Assembly: GCA_964658305.1 (NCBI GenBank)
Contig: OZ210885.1
Coordinates: 20,026,001-20,090,000 of the forward strand
Direction: 5' to 3'
DNA length: 64,000 nt
Source of the DNA: Leptogorgia sarmentosa
Taxonomy: Eukaryota
Shown: positions 12,311 through 24,948 of the stretch, piece by piece
How the letters are laid out: each line of letters opens with the position of its first letter
Position numbering within the stretch: the stretch's first letter is position 1
Position numbers and translations under genes: made by a program
Notes under the pieces: model-generated
Database searches by the model: none
The model's input: only the letters and a program-made list of their open reading frames with translations
Told to the model about the DNA's origin: nothing

Positions 12311-13774
12311 ATGCCCGCAAATGCTCGTTGTGCAATCGGTTGTTGCGATAATGACAAACGCTATCCAGATCTAATTGTCAAGAGGTCTCATGTAGATGAT
12401 TTGCTGTTTCACAAGTGGCCACGAAAGCCTGATTTGGCAGCTATATGGCGAAGACAAGTAAGAAAAACCCGAAGAGACGACTTCAACCCAAAACCTGGTG
12501 CTCAAGGGACTTTCGTATGCTCGAACCATTTTCCTTTGGGGAAAAGAACACCAAGCAATCGTGAAACTGATTTCCCATCTGTGTTTCTGACTGTTTCGGA
12601 CTATATCCATAGCAAGTCTCCCAAAAAGCGCAAAGCGAACAAAGTGGAAGAGCGGCGTTCAAGTGCTTCAACAACAACAACAACAATAATAGGTACTAAA
12701 CGAGGCCATATGCACGGTTCTTCTACCGACGAATCTGACCCGGATTTCACTATTGGTGTTGACACAGATTCCTCTGATCAGTCTGATGACAGTAAAGCGC
12801 CTGTGGTACTCTCACTTCGTTTTGAACAGTTTACCAGAGAGTGCGACGTAAAATTTTACACCGGTCTTCCATCGACAGCAATCTTTAAATGTTTGTTTGA
12901 TTTCCTGGCGCAAAAGGCCCAATGCATGCAGTACTGGCGTGGAGCCAAACAGACTGAGAAAGAAACTCCGAACCCACCAACAGCTTTTCAGATATTTGCT
13001 GGGAGTGGTGAGAGACATGGGCCACCACGAAAGCTGCGATTGGAGCAAGAAATGTTACTCACATTGATAAAACTCCGACTGGCTCTTCTGACAGATGACT
13101 ATAGCTTCAGGTTTCAAGTGTCTTCAAGCACCACCAGCAGCATTTTTGTCACTTGGGTGAAACTGATGTCAAAGGAACTGTCTGTCCTCATCATTTGGCC
13201 AAGTCGACAGCAAGTCAAGAAAACACTGCCAAGCTGTTTCAAGAGATTGTACCCAAAGGTACGATGCATCATAGATTGTTTTGAGTGCTTCACAGAAACA
13301 CCAAGTGGTTTGGATTTGGCAGCATCTGTGTGGAGTGAATACAAGCACCACTACACATTTAAAGCTCTGGTTGCAATAACACCTAATGGGGCTATTTCAT
13401 ATGTGTCACCTACATATGGAGGGAGAGCTACTGACATATTTATTGTGAAGAATAGTGAGTTTATGTCAATGCTTGAGCCGTACAATGAGGTAATGGCAGA
13501 CCGTGGTTTTAAAATTAGAGAAGAACTCATGTTGGTGATGGCAACATTGTGCATACCACGAAGCAAGGCTGCATCCATGCAAATGCTCCCCTCAGAAGTG
13601 AGAAAAACATCAAACATTGCTAACGTTCGAATCTATGTAGAACAAGCCATAGGACGGATGAAAGTTTTTCATGTTCTAAAGCATGAACTACCTATTAGTT
13701 TACTTCCACTTGCCAATGATATTGTCCGTGTTTGTTGTGCTTTATGTAATTTACTTCCTCCATTGTGTTCTTAA
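12311..13774 (+). CDS. THAP + HTH + DDE_Tnp_4-type transposase (ORF appears uninterrupted)
   Basis: CAIGC...W...VCSNHF (THAP), MLLTLIKLRL, IIDCFE, YGGRATD, MADRGF, RIYVEQAIGRMK. Confidence 0.9.
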   Translation: MPANARCAIGCCDNDKRYPDLIVKRSHVDDLLFHKWPRKPDLAAIWRRQVRKTRRDDFNPKPGAQGTFVCSNHFPLGKRTPSNRETDFPSVFLTVSDYIHSKSPKKRKANKVEERRSSASTTTTTIIGTKRGHMHGSSTDESDPDFTIGVDTDSSDQSDDSKAPVVLSLRFEQFTRECDVKFYTGLPSTAIFKCLFDFLAQKAQCMQYWRGAKQTEKETPNPPTAFQIFAGSGERHGPPRKLRLEQEMLLTLIKLRLALLTDDYSFRFQVSSSTTSSIFVTWVKLMSKELSVLIIWPSRQQVKKTLPSCFKRLYPKVRCIIDCFECFTETPSGLDLAASVWSEYKHHYTFKALVAITPNGAISYVSPTYGGRATDIFIVKNSEFMSMLEPYNEVMADRGFKIREELMLVMATLCIPRSKAASMQMLPSEVRKTSNIANVRIYVEQAIGRMKVFHVLKHELPISLLPLANDIVRVCCALCNLLPPLCS

Positions 13775-14192
13775 TTACTTTTTCTTGTTATGGCAAAATA
13801 AGTGTTCTGAAAAATATTGAGCAAATATTTTCACAGGTTACTGAAAATATTTATACGGTATTAATTTTTTAAAATATTACTCAACATTTTTGGAGCCGAA
13901 GAAGGCTTCTAGTGCCATAACAGTATTTTAACAATAATAATAAATGTAAGGAAATTGGGATAAGGGAACCACATATTTATTAAATGCTATATTCATTGAG
14001 GAGTAAACTACTTTTTACTAGAAAGACCATTGAAAAACTTGGTTAATTGTTAAATATATTTATACAAGAAATAATTTGTCAGGTATTAAAATTAATAAAA
14101 TTTGTTCTAATTTTGTTCATAGTCAGATGGCTGAATAAATTCATTTAATTAATATAATATATAATGGATTAATTAAGACAACATGTAGTTCA

Positions 14193-15941
14193 TCAGTCCT
14201 CAATGCAGTAATTGCATATTAGGTTTGCTGAGCTGGTTATGTCTTCGTGGTTGCTACACCAGGCATGTACAGCCTTACCACAAATAGTGCAAATGTGCTC
14301 TCTGCCGACAGGAATTTCTCTGAGGTGACAAACAGAACAAACAGAACTGGATGTCAGTGCAGTATTTGAACAAGATGCACCTTCATCCTCACCATCACTG
14401 GTATCACTCTCATCTGTGTGATCAGCTGCATCAATCAGACAACTGAAACACAACTGATCACACTCTGCTTAAACAAGCTCTCATTCCTTGCAGAGTAGGG
14501 ACACTTTATCTCAACTGTTGCAGGGCCACAGCATCCGCATACAAAGATCCCATCTGGTGATGCAGCAAGGTAGGGATAGTCAGCTTTGACAAAAAGTCCA
14601 CACTGCCGAAAACCTTGCAGGCCATTATCATGCTGGGTCGCCACATCTGCCAGAAATAAATTTACTGCATCCTTCTCATGTCTGATTCCCCATGCCACTG
14701 CTGGAAGATGAGAAATATCATCAGACTCCCCAACTATGGTAGAAACAATGGCACCGTATTTTGGTTTTTTTGTCTGCTTGTTTCTTTTTTTTAAAATTGT
14801 TTGGGTTTTGGTGTGCACGTCATGGAACTTAGATGCAGTGATACGACCCAGTCTTTGCTTTTTCCACTGATCATTGGAGCTTTGGCCTCGGGTTTCGGTC
14901 TCAATTCTTTGGACTTGTGCACTAGTCAGCTGGGCATGCTGTATAAACAATGGGGATGTTTCTTTTAATGGTTTTCCTTCCATGCCAGGCTTTGCCATGA
15001 ACTCTACAGCTGTGTCAATCAAAGGTCGCAGAAGACCATTAGCTCTGCCATGTTGAATGGAGTAAAGCACACAGGCTGACGGTTCGACTTTCTTGATAGA
15101 ATTTAAAAGTGATGACACTCTCTCATTGGTCAAAGTTCTGTCCTCTGGTTTGCGAGGATCAAACATCTTCCGCATCTCTTGATGAAGAACTTGATCTCTT
15201 TGCATTCTTTTCCTTGTTTTCTTGTCTTTTCGAAAAGCTAGGTTTTCAATCCTGTTGGGTGTTACTTCCTTCTTTGTCCCCTTATTCCAACCTTGGGGGA
15301 TGCTTGTGCAAGATGGTGAGATATAATTTTTGTGGTAGGCATAGTTTACCTTGTAAAGCAGGGCAATGACATGGTTACATACCTCACCAGTGCCAGCTAT
15401 ACAAGTACACCAAGAAGTTACAATCCGGCAATCAGAATGACTTCCTTCCGTGCAAACCCAGACTTTATGTGGATCGTCACGTATTCGTTGAGGAGAGACA
15501 CAGCCTTTGATGAAGGTAAACCTACTGTCTGAGGGGCATTTGGCAACAAATATTGTATCAACAAAGCCACTCATCCAGTAGGAATACGCTTTTTGGTCTT
15601 TATATTTGCCAATGTAGTCGACATCTACAGCTTTCACTTTTAAAATGTAGCTAAATAACTTCCCATCGTCAATTTGTGGCCACTCGTGTACGTTTTCTAC
15701 CCATGCTTTATCTTCTATTGCATTCGGGTCACTCTTTATCCCATAGGTTGAAAGCCTTCTGGAGTATTCTTCTTTTATTTTCTTGAAGATCTCTTCTTGG
15801 GAAAACTTCTTTGGAACATCGAGTTCGTATGCCCCAAATGCTCTGGCTATAAGCTCAGCTTTTTTCCCAGTCTGCTTAAGTCCACATATCGCCAAGAAAT
15901 CTTTCAGTGAAGAAACCGTCCTCTGGTTGTTTACCAGCCAT
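14193..15941 (-). pseudogene. ISL2EU ORF2: SAP + SWIM + YqaJ/lambda-exonuclease + C-terminal PHD-like finger (internal deletion/frameshifts)
   Basis: LKDFLAICGLKQTGKKAELIAR (SAP), CTCIAGTGEVCNH (SWIM), TRGQS...W...R.GRITAS...WG..HE...ASPDG...EIKCP (YqaJ), CSVC...CTIC...HAWC...CNYC. Confidence 0.88.
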
Positions 15942-18830
15942 TGTCGCTACAAACTAGCTTCAAATGTGTTGTCAATCACCAACAATTACACAAGATAGAA
16001 GTTACCCGAAATAAAACAACAAAGTTTTTGCTATAGAAGAGGTTTTAACGTCAAACACGAGGCACTCAAGACAAGATTTAACTAATAAACAATGCTACTT
16101 TGTGTACGACGCCATGGGTGGCCGCGCGCTCGCCCCAATGTTTTTGCACCCCCGTCAATATGGCGTCGTTAACCTTAAAAGGGTCTATTAGCTGCAGATG
16201 GTTTTAAGACGCGTGATGGCCTCAAATACAGCCAAATAGGATCAAAGGAACAGTATGAATTATTTTGCACATTGTTTACCCATTTCATAAATTCCTATAT
16301 CAGTTGAGTATGATTTTAACCATTTATTATTTACAAGTATTGCAGTTATATGTTACTACTATGTAAGAGATAATACTGAGTAGGAAAGATTTTGTGATAT
16401 AAAGCCCATATGCATCCCATGGTACATCATGGAAAACCAACTCAATCATGAAATAATGGTAGATAGATCATAGTTCATCAACTAATCCAGTGACTAGATT
16501 GATTGTTCTTGTATTTATTTATTTGTTTGTAGGTTTCTTCGAGGCATTGCATATAGGCAGTTTACAAGATTTGTCCATGGGCGTTTATATGACAAAAGGA
16601 TTCCTTTACCAGCATGTGCATACAACGCAATACAATCAGAATTTAAAATTACAGATCATTTTAAAGGCTATGAAGAACTAGAAGAAGGCTATGAAGAACT
16701 AGAAGAAGAAAATTAACTTAATATATAATTACAAAGAAATCCATGGTATGTAAGTTAAAGTGCATATCAAATCAGTTTTTTGGTAAAATACTGCATGTAT
16801 AAAATAATTTCTAATTATTTTGGTTCCTTGGACAATGAATTACAAAGGGAGCACTTTGGTTTGGCTCTAGTGGTACCAGCTTGGGTTGGTGGGATTTCAG
16901 GACCAGGAACTGGAACTAAAAATTGTAAAACATGTTTCAACCAATTGCTACTGGGAGGTTTCTCCATTATGAGTAAAATGTCTGTCATTAGAAAGACTGA
17001 AAGAGTAAAATCTGGCTGTGGTGGGCCCCAGGCATCAATTGGTAATTAATTACAGACATTTCATAATTTTTTCTTTCATTTCTTACCAGGATTTGTAGGA
17101 GGAACTGGCAGGACAGGCATACTTTCACTGGCCTTTTTCTTTGTGATGGCTTCCTCCCTCGACTGTTTTTGGAGCATTGTGTTCATTGATGCAGGTGTTA
17201 ACTTTTTAAGCTCATCTATAGCACTCGTCAACTTTTTTTCTCTAATAGCATCAATTATTGTCTCAAATATCTCATCAACATAATCTGTTTAAATATAAAA
17301 TTTCTTGTTGAAATCCAAAATGGTTATATGGAACTTTGATTATTTTGACAAAATGTAAACTTACCAAAGTTTGGTTGAACCTTAACACTCCTTACTACAG
17401 CTTCGCCATTTTTGAATTTAGGGTATATCACACTAATTTGCTCCTTTCCATTTTTGGTTCTGCTTTTTCTATTGAGGTTGCTGTTGAAATGCATTACAGC
17501 AATGGCATGCCTAAAACATGTTGGTAGAGTCAACATATAATATAAATATATATGAATTACATACTGTACACTGCATACTACATACCTGCAATACATGCCA
17601 GCAAATGTGTATCCTATCATCTTTGGAGCAAAGTGGTTCAAAACTGAATGGAACCCTTCCAGACAGCTTGTTTGGGCTAGAGGAGAAGCTTGTTTTATTC
17701 CCTTGATCAGTCGTTTGTTGGTTAATGCTGCTTTTGTTTTTTCATACACAATTGAATCTGCAATAGGACAGAAGGCAAATTATGAGCTTTATAATAATAA
17801 AATGGTAGCATTTTAGCACTTATATCACTTAATGCAATTTTGTAGGTAAGGGTGAATGTGGGTCATACTAAATACCGTCAACAACCGTCAACCACCGTCA
17901 ACAACCGTCAACAACCGTCAACAACCGTCAACAGGTCGATACATACCGTCAACAAAATGAGAAAAGACAAATACCATAGCACAGATTAAGAGGACCAGAT
18001 GTATGACTTCAGACCGAAAAAAGCGTAAGGGCTCCGTCACTGCACATCACTTTCCGCACATAGCTTAGCAAGTGCCAGGATCGAAAGACAAAAATTCGTA
18101 AAATATCGCAAATTAAGTGTCACCAACTCACTTTTCTCACACGCTTACTGACATTGAAAGTTTCAACGGCAAATTTAATGACACAATTAAATGGGGGAGG
18201 GGGGGGGGGGGGGTGAATGCCTCAAGTCACTTGCTAAGCTATGGCTATGCGCAGTGACGGAGCCCCTTTTTGGCTGAAGTCATTTATTTGGTGCTCTTAA
18301 TTCATAGGCCGCCCAGATGCTATTCTAGATAGTTTACAATCACTTAAATATATTATAGCTCTCTGTCTCATTCCACTTTATTTCGCACGCGCTGTCCATT
18401 AGCCAGCATTTTTTTTGTCCTGATGCGGGATACTTCAATCGAAAACTTTAACGCAATCCTATTGGCTATTTGCCTCGTTTCACGCATGTCAAAGTCGTTT
18501 TTAAACATGTTTGTTTGTGATAATGTAGTGATGTTTTTTAGCTGTTTTCGTATTTTTTTAAACCATAAAAAATCCAGGTAAGACGTAAACAACAACAATG
18601 CAAACAATAAACAATAAACAATAGACACATAACAAAAGCCCATTCATTGCGAAGCAAAGACGCGTAACGGGATGAGTCATAGATGCGGACCACGCTGATG
18701 ACTCATCGGCAGGGTAATATAAATGCTTTTACTAACATTCCACAGTATTCAGTCTTATTGACGAAGCTTCACCTGATCGAAATCTCTCTGAAATTGTTAG
18801 TGTTCTTTGCGTCGTTTCAATAATATAATA

Positions 18831-21800
18831 ATGGGTAGAAAGTGTGTGAATCGCGTTGATGGAAAGGAAGAGTTTTGACGATGGCCGTGCACGGGATGCA
18901 GAAAAGAGTGTCGCACTGATGCCATTTTTTGCGAGCATTGCTGTCAGTGGTCGCATTATGATTGCGAAAATCTCAATAAAGATGATTTTCAACAGCTTTC
19001 CAAAGTTTCCTGTGGTTACGTATGCAGTAGATGTTGTGTTGACCGATACGGAATATTCGATTTCAACCAGTCTTTGCAAAGGTTATGCTTCGCCTCTCGC
19101 AATATGAAGAATCTTCACCATGCCGCGATCCTGGAGTCGATTCTACTAAAGAATCATCCCTTCAAGCAAAGGAAGCAATCGGATTTACCGGATTTACCCA
19201 ACAAGATTCACGAGTATTCACAGTCTGTGATGAACTTGTGTGGAACGGTATCCAGAGTACCAGTCCATGTGAAAGGCGATGGTAATTGCCTGTTTAACTC
19301 AGTTTCGGTCGCAATTCAAGATGATGAAACATTGTCATGCGAGCTGAGAGTCCGCACCTGCGTAGAACTGGTGGTAAACTTCGCGTATTATAAGAACCAC
19401 CCATATTATGAACATTTTCGACTCGTGTCACCCGACTTGGTTGAAGCAAGTATGGTGTGTGCTAATGATGGGAACTTCTCGTCTATATTTACAATCCAAG
19501 GCCTGTCGTCCGTGATTAACCGTGACATAGTATCAGTGTATCCACCCATGAACAGAATGCTTGACAACTGTGTGCGCATTTTAAACACCGTGATCTCACC
19601 CAGAGCGCCAACGTTGAAACATGCATGTCGGGACAAAGTATACGTGCTCTGGAGTCGAGTCAGTGGTCCCTTTCCTCAGCCGAAAGGTAAAACGTGGCTT
19701 CCAAATCACTTTGTGCCTTTGCTTGGGACTGATCAAGTCTTTCCTGATTGTAAAACATCTTCACCCATCAGCATCGACAGCCCTTCACCGCATTTTGAGA
19801 CGTCACCATTAGGATCCCCGCCACACAACGACGAAGTTCTAGAGGAGAACAGCAATACGCTATCTTCGGTAAGAGAAAACGAATCCTCTCCATCCACTAT
19901 TACCCCACCACCCAAGATATCTTCTTCCGAAAATACAAACAGCTTGTCCGATCGTCAATTTGATGAACCTGAAACCAGCTCAGCAAAGGATCGCCAGTTT
20001 GACTCTCTACGTGACGAAGATGTTAAACCAAAACCTAACCCTAAACCAAGTGACAATCCAACAACGAATCAACTATCGGGACGTTTTCTCGACGTTGACG
20101 AACTATTGGAGGTGTTACAAAGCGGTCCCGCAAGCAATTCCTGTATCCCGCAAGGTATTAAAGAGAACACCTATTTTCTGGTAGAAAACCATGAAAATAT
20201 CGAGAGAAGAAAAGGGGGGAAGAAAAGTAACTTCGAAGATGATTGCGGTGCTTGGTCATCAAAATCATCATCCACAAAAAAAACTTTATTTCACTGTGTG
20301 GGGGGGGGGGGGGGGGGATATCAAGATGGTACAATTGAGGAACAATATCTATTGTACAAAACGACTTTCTCAATGGGTGCCACTAGAACCTCAACCTCTC
20401 GAAGAGGAGGTAATGGTGATGAAACGCTTCTACACTAACCTTAAACGTAAACCGGAATATAAGAAAAGGGTTACATGGATAGAGAAAAATGCAAAAGGAA
20501 TGGACGTTACGTGTACGCGAAATGCTGTGGTTGAATACCTTGGCAAGTTTCCCACAACTGGAAGTATGCACGGAAACAGTAAGAAAGGTTGTTCTACCGA
20601 GTATGTGAGGACGTCAGAAACTGTTAAATCGAAAATTATAAACAGAGTACAAAATGAGCAACCACGAAGTGTTTATTGTGACATGGTTTTAGAAGACTCG
20701 ATGGAAGCACCAAGGGACTTGAAGCAAGTACAAAACTTCAAGCATTCCAATGTAAAGCAGCAAAGACCTGCGACAAATAGGAAAAACACTGCAGATGACA
20801 TTCAGGTGCTAATCAATATGATGAATAAAAACCCATATCTCCAAGAGATTGTCCAGATTAAAGGTAAGCCTCCAATGGTGATTTTGTACGAGGACGACCA
20901 GATGAAAGACTTAAAAAACTTTTGAATTGGTCGCGGCAACAAGTCCATTCTTGGCATTGACAGAACTTTTAATTTGGGAGCATGTTTTGTGACATTAACT
21001 GTTTTTAAAAATACCAACTTATTACGACGATCTACACAGTGCCCTCCAATAATGTTAGGGCCTGAAGTTGTGAATCGTACCAACGTTTTTTCTCCCACTT
21101 ACGGACAAAACTTGACAGCAACATCAACACAGAGGTCGGTCTTTGCGAACTCGTAATTGGTACAGACGAAGAAAAGGCCATATTGAAAGCAATTCGGCAA
21201 AGCTTTCCAAGTGCTACACAACTTTTATGTCAGCGTCATTTGGAGGAAAATGTTCGGCGACATTTACAGCAAAAAGTCGGAGTGCCTGAAAAGACAAATG
21301 AAATTATTTCATTAATCTTTGGAAAAGAGGGACTAACAAACAGCAAAGATCTTGTAGACTTTGAACTTTGTTACCTTTCGTTGTGCCATACTTTGAAAAT
21401 TCCCTAATTTCCAGACTAAGGGAGTATGTGTTTAAGCCAAAGGTATCGGAGTCCTGGATACCTTTGAACTGGATGAACAATAATTGCGAGTCCATGAACA
21501 ATATTTTGAAGCTCTCGACCAATTGGAAAGCTTTAAAGCTACCTGATTTGATAGAGAAAATGCATGCTATCGTTAAACTTCAATATGCAGACATGAGAAG
21601 AGCTCTCCATGGTCATGGAAATTATGAACTTGTTCCAAAACTGAAAAACTTCGTACTACCACATTTCATATGGAGTACAAAGACCCAAGATGAAAAGACT
21701 GCACACTTCCAAAAGTTTTTATCTCTGACTGCTGAAAAAAAAGGAAAGACAATGAAGTCAACTGATGGAGGAATTGAAATACCAACAACACCAAGCATTG

Positions 21801-21877
21801 CAAAGAAACCTGGACAACGAAAACGAGTGCGTACTGCGAAAACCAGAACAAATAGTAAAAGAACAAAAATAGGATAG
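18831..21877 (+). pseudogene. PHD + OTU-like (vertnin-like) + MULE transposase, with stops and frameshifts
   Basis: From ATG 18831 (TGA at 18876): CTGC...CEHC...HYDC...CSRC (PHD), in frame with VKGDGNCLFNSVS...PNHFVPL (OTU). Then GIDRTFN, GTDEEKA, CQRH, NNNCES (D-D-CxxH-E). Confidence 0.85.
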
Positions 21878-22115
21878 AACTAAGATATTAGATTAGTAGC
21901 ACTGTAAATATTAATTGTTAATACTGTTAATACTATTAAATACTTTATTGTTAACAAGGATAGAACTAAGATATTAGATTAGTAGCACTGTAAATATAAT
22001 TGTTAATACTGTTAATACTATTAAATACTTTATTGTTAATAAGGATAGAACTAAGATATTAGATTAGTAGCACTGTAAATATAATTGTTAATACTGTTAA
22101 TACTATTAAATACTG
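21871..22115 (+). repeat. ~85-bp tandem repeat, about 3 copies, at the MULE-2 stop codon/3' region
   Basis: GGATAGAACTAAGATATTAGATTAGTAGCACTGTAAATAT... recurs at about 21872, 21958 and 22043. Confidence 0.9.
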
Positions 22116-24784
22116 AATTGAATGATAAAAGCAGCATTGTCATTGTGAATTCTAATTTATAAAAACAGATAGACAGGGTATCCCAAAAAATGTCCCCCAT
22201 TAAATATTTGACAACTATAGCCCACAGTCTGTAGCCATTATCACATAGTGAAAGTCTACTATCCTAGTCTAGAAAAGTCTAGATCAAAATGTTGCAATGT
22301 ACGCCTTTTAATTTTTTTTCATCCTTATCATTCAGTTCTTTTTTAATTTATTGAATAAAGAAGGCATATCATCTCCCATAAAGTTTCACCTCACAACTTC
22401 ATATTTATATATGTGAATGACGTACGTACAGTACAAATAGCTTAATAGTATAGGTTTTGAAGTCTTGTCATGTGGAGAAAGAAACAGCATGATTGCATGA
22501 ACTAAAACAATTCAACTACAAACACAAGAAAGACAAACTAACCTTTTTCATCCTCGTATCGGTTCGTCGTCCAAAAGACTCCAAGTTCAGGCTAAAGCGT
22601 AAATAAGCGTAAAGCAGTAACGAATCCGTCGAACATTAAAATAAATGACGGAATCAATTCTTTAATTTATCGAATTTAGTTAATTAAGATTTACACATGT
22701 TTAGATATATAAATTTACGGAATTTTCTGCTTGTTGACGGTATTTGCCTGCTTGTTGACGGTTGTTGACGGTATTTATCGACCTGTTGACGGTGGTTGAC
22801 GGTTGTTGACAGTATTTAGTATGACCGGTGAATGTTGTTGAGGAAGTGCAGTTAAACTGGCAGGTTTTTCATGTTTTATAGTCTATCTATGCAGGAGTAA
22901 GATGTATTATTGATTTTCACCTTGGTCTAACCATTTTCGAGGTTCAATAGCATCACCATGAGCACACTTCTTAAAAACTTGGTTTTCCGGGTTGCTGTGC
23001 TTATTGATGATGTGGCTGAGAAATGACTGGAACTTGGCATATATCACCTCTCCATTACCATCTGGTGTTGTTGTAGCACACCAATATAAATGATTTGTGC
23101 AAGCTTTTATCCAGCCATTGATAGTTTCACAACCACTAAATTTACCAATCTTTGTCAAGACTTTTGTTACTTCTAAAAGGCACAAAAATAGTGAATTCAT
23201 GTTTTGACTGACGTTAGGTGATTTTGTCCATACAAATCATTTTCCAAAGTTGATTTGGATACAATAAATCTATTACCCAACACAAAAGACATCCTATTAT
23301 AGATCATATAATGCAAGACAAGTATTATCTTATCAATAATCACATACTTTTTTGCAAATGCCAAATATCAAAATAATGGACAATGTTGCTTAGTTTCTCC
23401 CTGATGTGCTTTATGATTGAAACATGTCTATCAGACACAAAGGTGGTTATGAGCAAGCCACATCCAGCCATGAAATCCATGCACCGCACAAAAGCAGCAT
23501 AGTCCATTGCCGCACTGCTACCCACTTCATTCCTCTATATTCAAACATGAGAAGTATACATATTAAGTTAAGTGGTCAGTGTCTAAATTTTGAGTTTGTA
23601 TACAGCTACTTTAAGAAAAGTATGGGGTAATATCATGTGATACAAGTGGTGTATGATTGCAGCACATACCTGTACTATGGCAAAATGAATAATAAGTGGC
23701 ACCGTGCAGCAAAATATGGAATAGGCACAATATTTTGCATTGTGCCCCATGCTGTCATGTCTTCCGTCTCCCGCAACAATCAATTCTCCAGTATTTTTCA
23801 TTTGTTGGATCCAGTTTACTTTGGTACTTTTTCCAATGTAACAAAATTGCTGGAAACAACTTTTCCTGTGAAAATATTAAGGGATATAAAAAATAAATAG
23901 TGTATGTGCATACTTCCACTGCAAGATTTCTACTCACTTGCTGATGTTTGAAGAACGTTGTCAGTGAGATGCATTTCACTCCCATATGTCGTAGCACTCT
24001 AAAGACCTTAGTTGCTGATGCACCAGCAACAAGAATGCTAAAGCATAACAAGAAGTTTCCTGCAGGTATTCGTGTCCCAGGAATCATTGGTTGGCTGTGC
24101 CAAGTAGTTGACTTTCTACATTCAAGGTTGCTACACGTCATTGATACTTCAGCCATTGTACCATTTTCTTGCACCTCCACATGTGGGTTTTCAGATTTGC
24201 AAGATGGGCAAAATTTAAAGAGGGCCAACAACTGTGTTAAAAAGATAATGAACTTTGGTTCTGTCCTTATGTTGGTCCCATGCAAGAACACCCTAAGAAG
24301 AAAAAGAAAAAAAAACAATGCAGTTTTACTAGAAAAATATTTTGTTGGTATAAATAACATAAAAACTTACCTTTTACTTAGATTTTCACGATCAGTATCA
24401 GTCTCTGTTTCAGTGGTTAATTCTTCTTCTGTTTCCTGGTCATAAACAAAATCAGGGGATCTCTCTTCCACATCAGAATCATCGTCACTCATGGCCTCGC
24501 AATCAGTTAACTCACTAGGGTCAGGCTGGTCAATTTCCATTTCACAGTGCTCAGGGGTTGTGTCATTTCGCTGTTTATCTTCACTTGGGATTCCTGTTGT
24601 TAAAAGATAAAAAGAACATAAAATTATAAACATGAATTTCATTGTAACCTTTAATCACATAATAATAATTAACCTTTCTTGAGCTTCTTGATTTCCTTCT
24701 TACACGATGCCAGCTTAAATTTTGCTGATAGCCACTGGCTTCGAAGCTTCATGTTTTGTTGCTTCAATGTGTTGCAATTGACAT

Positions 24785-24948
24785 TGGCGTTTCTTCCAGG
24801 AAATCTATGTTATCCCAAACCATCATGGTGAATTTCGTTGGAATTATCCCTTCTGGTATGACGACATCATTGTCTAGACATTGGGAAGCAAGGGCTGTAT
24901 CAAAGGACAGGACTGCTGGATGGGACACTGAATTTCCAAAACCATTAA
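24785..24948 (-). pseudogene. Academ-A transposase fragment (continuation of 10091-11043)
   Basis: Reading from TTAA: NGFGNSVSHPAVLSFDTALA...MVWDNIDFLEETP, containing the first catalytic-type DN.D motif (cf. ADNVD in Academ-B). Confidence 0.85.

Larger units (their letters stand above)
12015..16186. mobile_element. ISL2EU (PIF/Harbinger-related) DNA transposon
   Basis: ~210-bp TIRs (AGACCCTTTTAAGG... / ...CCTTAAAAGGGTCT). 2-bp AT duplication (12013-14, 16187-88); removing the element restores ttg gaa tta gct in the host ORF. Confidence 0.92.
11319..16716 (+). pseudogene. KolX-like Cys-rich protein resembling the P2X7 C-terminal ballast/ZCD domain; exons 11319-11590, 11824-12014+16189-16252, 16533-16716; split by ISL2EU
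   Basis: Spliced frame gives WCKCDFC...ECRCCCEV...CITQHPGFSALCLNRWSLELAA...FLRGIAYRQFTRFVHG...RIPLPACAYNAI. Splice phases are consistent (2,2). Confidence 0.85.
17860..22826 (+). mobile_element. MULE-2 (Mutator-like) with 10-bp tandem arrays in the TIRs
   Basis: GGTCATACTAAATAC(CGTCAACAAC)n at left and its inverse at 22730-22826. 9-bp duplication GGTGAATGT (17851-17859, 22827-22835). Confidence 0.9.
17090..24783 (-). pseudogene. Kolobok transposase, downstream exons (multi-exon; one intron carries MULE-2)
   Basis: Exons at about 24783-24674, 24593-24371, 24292-23939, 23867-23670, 23534-23347, 23172-22921, 17759-17586 and 17510-17365, with CPSC, GDGRHDSMGH, SDRH, DIWH, NHLYWC, CAH and QTSCLEGFHS...FAPK. 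Confidence 0.82.

Noticed and set aside
20299..20318. Programmed frameshift at the poly-G in MULE-2
   Set aside because: Homopolymer slippage or sequencing error is simpler, and the ORF has other lesions.
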